Source: an uncultured Dehalococcoidia bacterium
GTDB lineage: Bacteria > Chloroflexota > Dehalococcoidia > UBA6926
DNA: 64,000 nt
Reading direction: 5' to 3'
Assembly (NCBI GenBank): GCA_964653005.1
Contig: CAZZAN010000003.1
Location: 142,592-206,591 of the forward strand
Shown: piece by piece, positions 47,309-55,295 of the stretch
How the letters are laid out: every line of letters begins with the position of its first letter
Numbering within the stretch: position 1 is the stretch's first letter
Notes under the pieces: model-generated
Databases searched by the model: none
Seen by the model: the letters and a program-made list of their open reading frames with translations, nothing else
Told to the model about the DNA's origin: nothing
Translations under genes and position numbers: made by a program

Positions 47309-47434
47309 GTCCCTACCCCAAAGTGCTTCTCACTAATGACTATAGGGACATGATTGCAGTTGGTGATTCCAGGGTCTATCCGATTTCTTTGTGGAGGTGT
47401 GGGGCTGGATGGTCCGACTTTATTCAGCTACAAC

Positions 47435-47875
47435 CTACCAGTCCCAAATGCTTCTCTCTCTCTGGGCTTCCCGTCTTCGCTTCGTGGATTTCTTCCCGGC
47501 GATTTCCTTTGCAATCTTCTCGAAGTAACTCTGGGGAATCACCTTAGTTGGAGGCTCTTTGGCCTTAGATGCCGCAGGCAAACCGAATGCCTTACGAAAT
47601 TGACCGTCCGTCTGGGCGCCTTTGCGGGTGTTACAGGGTCGGCACAGCAACTGTAGGTTGGACAGTGCATCAGAACCGTTTCGCGCCATTGGTGTCTTGT
47701 GGTCAATATCGAAATATGTCGCTTCGCGCTCTTTCTTACCGCAGTACATGCACCTACCCTTTTGCAAGGCAAATAGCGCGTCCCTTTCCTTCTTCCCGAA
47801 GGACTTTCTTCTTCTTGGCTCTTCAAACAAACCACCGAAAACCATGATTCTTGTACCTCTTTCCCCGACATTCAC
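47435..47875 (-). CDS. HNH endonuclease
   Basis: 'CMYCGKK...DIDHKTPMARNG...LQLLCRPCN' HNH/Zn motif. Markedly lower local GC than neighbours. Confidence 0.7.
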   Translation of the reverse strand: MNVGERGTRIMVFGGLFEEPRRRKSFGKKERDALFALQKGRCMYCGKKEREATYFDIDHKTPMARNGSDALSNLQLLCRPCNTRKGAQTDGQFRKAFGLPAASKAKEPPTKVIPQSYFEKIAKEIAGKKSTKRRREAQRERSIWDW

Positions 47876-47935
47876 AAAACGGATCCCTGCACATGGGTTC
47901 TGTTGATAATCACATGATACTGCATTTCGTATGTC

Positions 47936-48349
47936 CCCTCTCCCTGAGGGAGAGGGTTAGGGTGAGGGGGACTCCAAGTGGCTGGCGATTACCTCAAGCA
48001 CTGCTTGACTATCCCGAAGCACGTCATTGTCCCAGAATCGCAGGACAACGTATCCGCGATTTTCCATCCACTGAGTACGTCTTCTGTCGCGGTCAACCTG
48101 GTCCGCGTGATGCCCTCCGTCAAGCTCAACCACTAGGCGTGCAGTGTGGCAATAGAAGTCCACGACGAAGGGGCCGATGGGTTGCTGCCTGCGGAACTTG
48201 TAATTGGCCAGATTCCGGTTTCGCAAGAGTCTCCACATGGCACGCTCAGCGTCAGTGGAATTGGCGCGGAGGCGACGGGAGATTTCAGTACGGGACATGG
48301 CTTATTCTATGCCACCCCCTCACCCCAGCCCTCTCCCTCAGGGAGAGGG
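47936..48349 (-). mobile_element. ~414-bp cassette: DUF559 gene bracketed by 35-bp terminal inverted repeats, each with a CCCTCTCCC-N3-GGGAGAGGG hairpin
   Basis: IR at 47936..47970 is CCCTCTCCCTGAGGGAGAGGGTTAGGGTGAGGGGG. IR at 48315..48349 is CCCCCTCACCCCAGCCCTCTCCCTCAGGGAGAGGG. They are reverse complements at 32 of 35 positions. The gene's stop codon lies inside one IR. Confidence 0.45.
47957..48298 (-). CDS. DUF559-domain protein (Vsr-like restriction-endonuclease fold)
   Basis: 113 aa. '...FVVDFYCHTARLVVELDGGHH...DRRRTQWMENRGYVVLRFWDNDV' is the DUF559 pattern. Confidence 0.7.
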   Translation of the reverse strand: MSRTEISRRLRANSTDAERAMWRLLRNRNLANYKFRRQQPIGPFVVDFYCHTARLVVELDGGHHADQVDRDRRRTQWMENRGYVVLRFWDNDVLRDSQAVLEVIASHLESPSP

Positions 48350-48367
48350 GGTTAATCGGACGGCTAC

Positions 48368-49912
48368 TTAGCTGAGGCTCTGGTAGTGGTACATGGGCTG
48401 TTCGGGGACGGCCCAGTCTGCGTAGTATTCGCGGAGGTAGGGTTCGAGGCGGGCGGCGAGGTCACGGCGGTTGGTGAGGTCATCAGGGGCGGGGGTGCTC
48501 AACTCTTCGCGGACGGCCTGCACCACCCCGGCAGCATCGATTGTCTTGAATTGCTTGTCTTCGAAGATGGTCTTGCCTTCGACGATGACGGATTCGACGT
48601 CCGCAGCGCGGGCACGTGACACAAGCACATCCAGCACGTCGAGGTTCTCGGCGACGTACGGGGTGGAGATGCGATCCCAGTCCAGCAGAACCATGTCGGC
48701 GCGTTTGCCAACTTCGAGGGAGCCGACCATGTCCTCTCCGAACGTGGTCTCATATGCGCCTCCGAGTGTGGCCATGTGGAGGACCTGGTGGGATGTGAGG
48801 TGGGGAACGTCAAGTCCCGGTGGACGGTGCAGGCGCATGGCAAGCGCCATCTCCTGGAAGAGGTCATCGTCATCGTTGATAGACGTGCTGTCCGTGCCAA
48901 GCGCGACGTGGACGCCCTGCCGGTGCATATCAAGGACAGGCGCGATACCGCTGCGGAGGCGCAGGTTGGAGCTTGGGTTGTGACTGATGCTGGTGCCCGT
49001 TTCAGCCATCAACGCGATGTCATCCTCCGTGAGCCAGACGCCATGGGCGAAGGATGTCTTGGGTCCCAGAAAACCGAGGTCATAGAGGCGGCGCGTTGGG
49101 GTCTGCCCCTGCCCGTGCAGGCGCTCAGCATAGAGCCGCTGGTAGTAGCTCTCGACGCAATGGGTATGGATGCCGACGTCCGCGGCGCGGGCCAGTTCCG
49201 CGATGTGGGCCAGCGTATCCTCGTCAGCCCAGTGATAGCTCTGGGGGCTATAGAGAACGCGCACCATGTTGGTTGAATCAACGGGGTAGTCGCGGATCAG
49301 GTCCGCCGTCATGGCGAAGTAGTCTTCATCGGAGAGGATGGAGCCTTCAATCACGCCGCGAACGCCGCTTGCAAGGTCTTCCGGCATTTTATTCAACACA
49401 TCATCATCGTTGCCGTAGACGAGGTAGCACTGGTTCTTGAACGCGAGTGAGAAGGCCGCTCTCAGACCGGCTTGCTCAAATGCGCGCAGGTTGGCCTGTG
49501 CCTCATCCCAGACCATGTGCCGCGCCGTCGCGGACTGGTTGAACATAATCGTGGTAGTACCGGACCTAATCAGGTTCAGCAGCGTGATCAACATCATGTT
49601 GTACGGCTCAACAGAGCGACGCCCCCACGCGTGGTTGATCCACGTCTCAAGGCCTCCGTCCGGTTGGCCGAGGAGGAGACCGGAGAGGCCGCGGCCGTGG
49701 TGGTGGGCGTTGACCATGCCGGGCATGAGGAATTGGCGACCATTGCCAACGATTTCGGCGTCCGGGAATTGCGTTCGCAAGTCGTCATATGTGCCGACTG
49801 CAACAATCTGACCGTCGGTCTGGGCTACTGCGCCATCAGCCAGGACGGCGCTGTCACCTGCCAGATCGGCTCGGACGAGGACGTACTTGCCGCGCGTGAT
49901 GGTGGTAGTCAT
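48368..49912 (-). CDS. amidohydrolase-family protein (TRZ/ATZ / nucleobase-deaminase-like)
   Basis: 'MPGMVNAHHHG' metal-binding motif. 514 aa. Confidence 0.8.
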   Translation of the reverse strand: MTTTITRGKYVLVRADLAGDSAVLADGAVAQTDGQIVAVGTYDDLRTQFPDAEIVGNGRQFLMPGMVNAHHHGRGLSGLLLGQPDGGLETWINHAWGRRSVEPYNMMLITLLNLIRSGTTTIMFNQSATARHMVWDEAQANLRAFEQAGLRAAFSLAFKNQCYLVYGNDDDVLNKMPEDLASGVRGVIEGSILSDEDYFAMTADLIRDYPVDSTNMVRVLYSPQSYHWADEDTLAHIAELARAADVGIHTHCVESYYQRLYAERLHGQGQTPTRRLYDLGFLGPKTSFAHGVWLTEDDIALMAETGTSISHNPSSNLRLRSGIAPVLDMHRQGVHVALGTDSTSINDDDDLFQEMALAMRLHRPPGLDVPHLTSHQVLHMATLGGAYETTFGEDMVGSLEVGKRADMVLLDWDRISTPYVAENLDVLDVLVSRARAADVESVIVEGKTIFEDKQFKTIDAAGVVQAVREELSTPAPDDLTNRRDLAARLEPYLREYYADWAVPEQPMYHYQSLS

Positions 49913-50014
49913 TTCTCCTCCTATGTTGGAGCTTGTTCAGCTTATCGCCAGGGGACCTTGCGCGCTCGTTTGCGTCGAAACGCGGGGCACGAGGTGGACG
50001 ACGTTCACTGAGTG

Positions 50015-50470
50015 CTAGGGAACGATTGTCGCAGCCAGGCGAACGAAGTCGTGGCGCGTAATGATGCCGACGAGCTTGTCGTCACGGACGACCGGGAGTC
50101 GCTTGAGCCGCCGTTGGTGCATGATGCGAACGATTTCCTCCACGGACGTGTCTTCCTTGACGGTCACGACGGGCGTGGACATTACATCCGAGACGAGAGT
50201 CCTGGAGAGGACGGAATGCAGATTCCCTATGTTGTCCCTGTTGACGAAAACGTGGCCAAACATCTCAAAGACCGTTCCCTGCATCCCCGGGTCACGAATA
50301 GGCGTCAGGAAGAAGTCTGAGTGGCTCATGATGCCAACGAGGTTATCGCGGTCATTCACCACAGGCAGCGCGCTTATGTTGTGATCCAGCATCACGTTGG
50401 CAGCATCGACTACCGTTGCCTCGGCCCGAATGGTGTACACACGGCTCGACATGATTTCTGATGCGTTCAT
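50015..50470 (-). CDS. CBS-domain pair protein
   Basis: Two CBS motifs. The ORF extends to 50515 through a Gly/Lys-rich leader; the start is probably internal (MNASEIM). Confidence 0.7.
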   Translation of the reverse strand: MNASEIMSSRVYTIRAEATVVDAANVMLDHNISALPVVNDRDNLVGIMSHSDFFLTPIRDPGMQGTVFEMFGHVFVNRDNIGNLHSVLSRTLVSDVMSTPVVTVKEDTSVEEIVRIMHQRRLKRLPVVRDDKLVGIITRHDFVRLAATIVP

Positions 50471-50545
50471 AGCACAATCCTGCCCTTTGCCTTTTCCCTT
50501 ACCCCTAGAGGTCAATCATAGCGAATCGCTGAACGTGACGCCCAA

Positions 50546-51343
50546 TTACGTGCTAGCCAGACCCCTGAGAAACGCGGCTACATCGACGGGAGAATCCAAG
50601 CGGTACTTTGCCGCGGTATCGCGGTCAGGTTCGCCAACAAGAATTGAGAGTCCGCCCGAGAGATTGACTTCCCGAAAGGCGTCTTCGTCTGTTGTGTCGT
50701 CGCCGATGTAGATGGGGAAGAGTTGGGTTTCTGACATTCGCAACAGCGTGTCCATGATGAATCGCAGCGCCGCGCCTTTGTCACGGGCGGAGGCGGGACG
50801 GATATCCAGGACTCTCTTGCCCTGCACGACGGTGATTGAGCCTTCAGCGACTGCGTCCGCTGTTGCACCATGGACAATCTCCCGCACTTTCGGTTCCAAC
50901 TCTTCGGGAGTCATGCGGGAATGGACACTGAGGCTCACACCCTTGTCTTCGACGAAAGCGCCGCTGATTTGGCTGACGGCAGGTTCAAGGGCTTGGCGCA
51001 GATCCGCCATCAGGAGACGGGCTCGTTCCGCGGCATCGTCCTCAAAGGCCAGACCGGGCGCGGCGATCTCAATGCCGTGGTTTCCGGAATAGATGGCATT
51101 TGGGAGACCAGCACGCTCACGAACATCCTCAAGCGCACGTCCGCTCACGATCGCAATTGCATATCCGGGCTGCTCGGTCAGCTGCCTGAGGGCGTCCGCG
51201 CATTCCGGAAGAATGTAGGCGTCCTCAGGGCGGGGCACGATGGGTGACAGGGTTCCATCAAAGTCGCATGCGATCAGGACGTGGTCGACAGCCCGAATGC
51301 GGGCTTCTATGGCCGACCAGTGATTAGCCAGGGGCTCTGCCAT
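50546..51343 (-). CDS. otsB: trehalose-phosphatase (HAD-IIB)
   Basis: 'LIACDFDGTLSP' HAD motif I and 'GDDTTDEDAF' motif IV. Confidence 0.8.
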   Translation of the reverse strand: MAEPLANHWSAIEARIRAVDHVLIACDFDGTLSPIVPRPEDAYILPECADALRQLTEQPGYAIAIVSGRALEDVRERAGLPNAIYSGNHGIEIAAPGLAFEDDAAERARLLMADLRQALEPAVSQISGAFVEDKGVSLSVHSRMTPEELEPKVREIVHGATADAVAEGSITVVQGKRVLDIRPASARDKGAALRFIMDTLLRMSETQLFPIYIGDDTTDEDAFREVNLSGGLSILVGEPDRDTAAKYRLDSPVDVAAFLRGLAST

Positions 51344-51378
51344 GCGCTTGATTCCGTGCCTATCCCTTTGGGATTGCG

Positions 51379-52623
51379 CTACGAGTCCGTGGCATTGCTC
51401 TCGGGAGGGGTCGCGCGTGACACGCCCTGCTGAGCCTCCATGATGGCGCCCTGCAGGCCGATGGTTTCCGGAGAGGCATCACCCATGTAGAGCGTGCGGT
51501 GGGGGAAGGGTATCTCAATCCCCTCTGCATCGAAGGCCTTCTTGACGCGAAGACGATATTCGCCGGAAACGTCCCACTGGCGGATGGGGAGAACCTCACC
51601 GAGGACCTTGATGTCAATGGCAGAGTCTCCGAAGTTATCGATGCGGAGCGCCTTGATGGGGTCAAGGATTATCGGCCCCCATTCCTCTTCGTCGGCCATC
51701 TCCTGCCCTATCCGGTTCAGCACTTCAAAGGCATGCTCAATGTCTGTCTTGTAGGCGACGCCAATGTTCATGTTCACGCGGGACATGTCCTTCGTGTAGT
51801 TGGTGGTGGTGGTGATTTGTCCGTTGGGGATGGTGTGCTGCCGGTAGTCAAGGTCGCGGAGGAGGGTACGGCGGAGATTGATGTCTTCAACCAGTCCGGC
51901 AATGCCGGCGATGCTGACAACATCACCGACGCGATATTGATTTTCGAGCGTGATAAAGATGCCGCCGAGAACATCCCGGATGAGGTTCTGGACGGCAAAG
52001 CCGACACCGACGGCGATTGCGCCCGCGGCGACAAGGAGGGGCGCGAGATCGACACCAATCTGGCTGAGAGCAAGAAAGATGGTCAGCAGCACGATGGCCG
52101 CACGGGACGTATCGACGACGATGTCCGAGAGGGTGTGAATATTCTTCTGGATCTCCTCTTCAAGGGTGACGTTGGCACGGGCGCGGATGTTGGATTCGAC
52201 GAGGCGCGGCACGCTGAAGGTGACGATGCGCATGGCGATGACGCCGCCAATGACGATGAGCACCACCGGAAGCGCATTTTCGAGGGCCGATTCCAGAACC
52301 CATTGCCCCGCAGCGGCCATCGACCCCCTGGCGAGCGACGAATAGCCGAGTGCGAACGACGCCCCTATTTCGATTGTTGCAATCACGATGAGGATCCATG
52401 CGACCCGCACCACTATTGAACTCAGATCCGCCTGCAACCACTCGAATCCACCCGGGAAGACCCGATCCAGCGACCGCAGAAACCCGCGCACCAGCGGCGG
52501 CAACACCAACCAAACGGCCAGCATCAGGGCCACTGCGCCGCCACCCCACACGATCATGAACTGCAAGAACGGCCCAGGGTCTTCCAGGATCGTTTGAAAG
52601 TCGGACAGAATATCCTCAATCAC
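51379..52623 (-). CDS. mechanosensitive ion channel (MscS family)
   Basis: N-terminal TMs. 'AVQNLIRDVLGGIFITLENQYRVGDVVSI' is the MscS pore-helix/beta-domain signature. Confidence 0.85.
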   Translation of the reverse strand: MIEDILSDFQTILEDPGPFLQFMIVWGGGAVALMLAVWLVLPPLVRGFLRSLDRVFPGGFEWLQADLSSIVVRVAWILIVIATIEIGASFALGYSSLARGSMAAAGQWVLESALENALPVVLIVIGGVIAMRIVTFSVPRLVESNIRARANVTLEEEIQKNIHTLSDIVVDTSRAAIVLLTIFLALSQIGVDLAPLLVAAGAIAVGVGFAVQNLIRDVLGGIFITLENQYRVGDVVSIAGIAGLVEDINLRRTLLRDLDYRQHTIPNGQITTTTNYTKDMSRVNMNIGVAYKTDIEHAFEVLNRIGQEMADEEEWGPIILDPIKALRIDNFGDSAIDIKVLGEVLPIRQWDVSGEYRLRVKKAFDAEGIEIPFPHRTLYMGDASPETIGLQGAIMEAQQGVSRATPPESNATDS

Positions 52624-52728
52624 CCGCGCATTTCCTCCTGCTACGCGAAACTACTCACCTTAATCATAGACGCCCCGTGCTTGACGCCCCAATGTGCAGG
52701 GCACACGCTAATCAGAGAGCGCCAAGAA

Positions 52729-53622
52729 ATGAGGTTCACGCATATGCGCATCGGTGTTGAGCTTGCCGTCCGAACACCCGTCACCGACCTGGTGAATTAC
52801 ATCAAGGACTACGATTCCTATGGCTTCGAGCGGATATGGGTTCCGGACGCGGCATTTTCACAGTGGGAAGTCTGGACAACGGCGGCGCTGGCAGCGGTGT
52901 ATACGACAAACGCGCGTATCGGCATCGGCGTGATGGCACCGTATCATCGGAATCCCGCTGTTATCGCGCACGGGGCTGCGACGCTTGATCAGCTCTCCGG
53001 GGGACGGGTTGATCTTTCCATTGGCCGGGGTTCACGTCCGTATATCGCAAGCATCGATGCTGATCGACCTGACGAAGCGGTAACGGAGGCAATCACGATC
53101 ATCAACGGCCTTCTCGCGGGCGAGACTGTCAGCATGGAGGGGACGGCGTTCACGTTCAGAGAGGTCTCGCAGCGCGTGCAGCCGGTGCAGGAGCACATCT
53201 CTATCGCCATCGCGTCCATGAGCCGCTATTGGCTCGATATTTCCCGCGACACGGCGGACGGCGTTCATCTCTACACGAGCAATCCCACCCTGCTTGGCAC
53301 TGCGCAGGAGGCGAAAAAGGCCGCGAAGAACCCCGACTTTGAGGTCACGACGACGCTCGGCTACGTGGAGCCTGCAGAGGTGCGCGAGTGGTGGGTGACG
53401 AATTTCGGGCGCAATTTCAACTTGCAGCAGCTCTGCGGACGGGAACCGAACACGGCGAGCTATGAGGAGTTGGCAGCCGAGCTGGTTTTCACGGATGCGG
53501 CAAGCCTGCGGGACCACCTGCAGCGAATAGAGTCGTTCGGCGTGGATGAGTTGATGATTGCGTACCGCCGGGCGGAGGATCTACCCGTAATCGCAGAGAT
53601 GGTGGCGGCGGCGCGGGGGTAG
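52729..53622 (+). CDS. LLM-class (luciferase-like) flavin/F420-dependent oxidoreductase
   Basis: TIM-barrel LLM pattern 'FERIWVPD...LDQLSGGRVDLSIGRG'. Internal ATG of ORF 52594 chosen because it is divergent from mscS. Confidence 0.75.
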   Translation: MRFTHMRIGVELAVRTPVTDLVNYIKDYDSYGFERIWVPDAAFSQWEVWTTAALAAVYTTNARIGIGVMAPYHRNPAVIAHGAATLDQLSGGRVDLSIGRGSRPYIASIDADRPDEAVTEAITIINGLLAGETVSMEGTAFTFREVSQRVQPVQEHISIAIASMSRYWLDISRDTADGVHLYTSNPTLLGTAQEAKKAAKNPDFEVTTTLGYVEPAEVREWWVTNFGRNFNLQQLCGREPNTASYEELAAELVFTDAASLRDHLQRIESFGVDELMIAYRRAEDLPVIAEMVAAARG

Positions 53623-53629
53623 ACGAACG

Positions 53630-54382
53630 TTACTCTGAGACAGGCTCTCGTTCGGGGGTTGATTCCCGGGTGAGGAGGCCGTCCCTGAGTTCGAGGACGC
53701 GGTCTGCCGCGGACATGATTGCGCGGTCATGCGTGGCGGTGATGATAAGGACTTTCTCCTCCTCTACCAAGCTCCTGAAGAGGGAGAAGACTGTCTGAGC
53801 CGAAACGGAATCCAATTCTCCGGTTGGCTCGTCGGCAATGAGGACGGAGGGGCGGGACGCAATGGCGCGGGCGATGCCGACACGCTGCTGCTCACCACCG
53901 GAAAGCTCGTAGGGCCGGTGCCGCATCCGGTGCAATAGCCCCACCCGATCCAGTACTTCCCGGGCGCGTTCTTCACGGTCTCTGCGCGACCAACCGGAGA
54001 TGCGGAGCGGCAGCTCCACATTCTCGGCAGCCGTGAGCAGCGGCATGAGTGACGACGACTGGAAGACAATGCCAACGTGCTGACGCCGCAAGGCGGCACG
54101 GCCTTCTTCCGAGAGTCTGTTCAACTGTTGGCCGGCCAGAAACGCCTCGCCAGTGGTGGCGCGGTCAAGTCCGACGAGGATGTTCAAGAGCGTGGTTTTC
54201 CCGGAGCCCGAACGTCCGATGAGCGCAATAAACTCTCCTGCCGAGCCCTGCATATCAACGCCGCGCAGGGCGTGCAGGCGCTCTGCTCCCAGCGTGTAAA
54301 CACGCTCGACACCGCGTGTCTCGGCAAGAACAGCCGGCCCTGCTCCGTCTCGTGACTCGTTCGTCATGGGCCTACATCTCAC
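53630..54382 (-). CDS. ABC transporter ATP-binding protein
   Basis: Walker A GRSGSGKTT, signature LSGGEQQRV, Walker B LIADEPTGELD. Confidence 0.85.
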   Translation of the reverse strand: MRCRPMTNESRDGAGPAVLAETRGVERVYTLGAERLHALRGVDMQGSAGEFIALIGRSGSGKTTLLNILVGLDRATTGEAFLAGQQLNRLSEEGRAALRRQHVGIVFQSSSLMPLLTAAENVELPLRISGWSRRDREERAREVLDRVGLLHRMRHRPYELSGGEQQRVGIARAIASRPSVLIADEPTGELDSVSAQTVFSLFRSLVEEEKVLIITATHDRAIMSAADRVLELRDGLLTRESTPEREPVSE

Positions 54383-55280
54383 CCGACTCTGAGGGGGTCA
54401 CAACGACGCGGTCTCCGTCAACGGTCACGACCGCCCTCTCACGGAGGCGTACCCGATCCATCAGTTCTCGCGGGAGTTGTAGTCGCCCCATGCTGTCCAC
54501 AAGGATGTATTCGCGCGGGGGTTCTGAAGCGCCGTTCCCCTCGGCAGGCCTAAACGAATGCAATGAAACGATCTCGGCGCTTGCGCGGCCATCACGGATG
54601 ATGATGACACGGTCGACAAAGTTGGAAATCTCCGGGTCGTGGCTCACGATAACGATCGTTGTGCCGTAGCGGTCTCGCAGGGACTGGAAGAGGTTCAGGA
54701 TTGTTCGCGCCGTTTCCGTATCGAGTTCGCCGGTCGGCTCATCCGCCAAAAGGAGGTCGGGCTGATTCGCCAGCGCGATGGCGATGGCGACGCGCTGCTG
54801 TTCACCGCCGGACAGTTCATTGGCGCGGTGCGTTTCTCTTTCGGCAAGGCTGACGGCGTCCAATAGTTCCTCTGCCCTGGCACGGCGTTCCGAGCCGCCG
54901 ACGCCTGCCAGCAACATGGGAAGTTCTACGTTTTCTCGGGCAGTGAGATACGGAACGAGATTGCGCCCCGTCTGCTGCCACACGAATCCCACTTCACGGA
55001 GGCGGTAGGATTCCACGGCTCTTCCACGCATGACGAGCAGATCACGGTCACCGACCCGAATATCCCCGGCGGAAGGAGCGTCATAGCCGGCGAGGATGTT
55101 CAGCAGGGTGGATTTTCCGCTTCCGCTCGCGCCGACGATCGCGACGATTTCACCGCGCGCCGCCTGAAAATCAAGCCCGCGAAGGGCGACAACCTCGAGG
55201 TCCTGCGCCTTGTAAATCTTGAACAGGTCTCTACAAACGATGTGGACATCGCGCGGGCTATTGTGATTGGACATTGTCAT
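54372..55280 (-). CDS. ABC transporter ATP-binding protein with C-terminal AbrB/MazE-like (swapped-hairpin) extension
   Basis: NBD motifs GASGSGKST / LSGGEQQRV / LLADEPTGELD. An extra ~70 aa, 'YILVDSMGRLQLPRELMDRVRLRERAVVTVDGDRVVV', resembles the SpoVT/AbrB domain. Confidence 0.8.
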   Translation of the reverse strand: MTMSNHNSPRDVHIVCRDLFKIYKAQDLEVVALRGLDFQAARGEIVAIVGASGSGKSTLLNILAGYDAPSAGDIRVGDRDLLVMRGRAVESYRLREVGFVWQQTGRNLVPYLTARENVELPMLLAGVGGSERRARAEELLDAVSLAERETHRANELSGGEQQRVAIAIALANQPDLLLADEPTGELDTETARTILNLFQSLRDRYGTTIVIVSHDPEISNFVDRVIIIRDGRASAEIVSLHSFRPAEGNGASEPPREYILVDSMGRLQLPRELMDRVRLRERAVVTVDGDRVVVTPSESGEM

Positions 55281-55295
55281 CAGTATGACTGTTCC

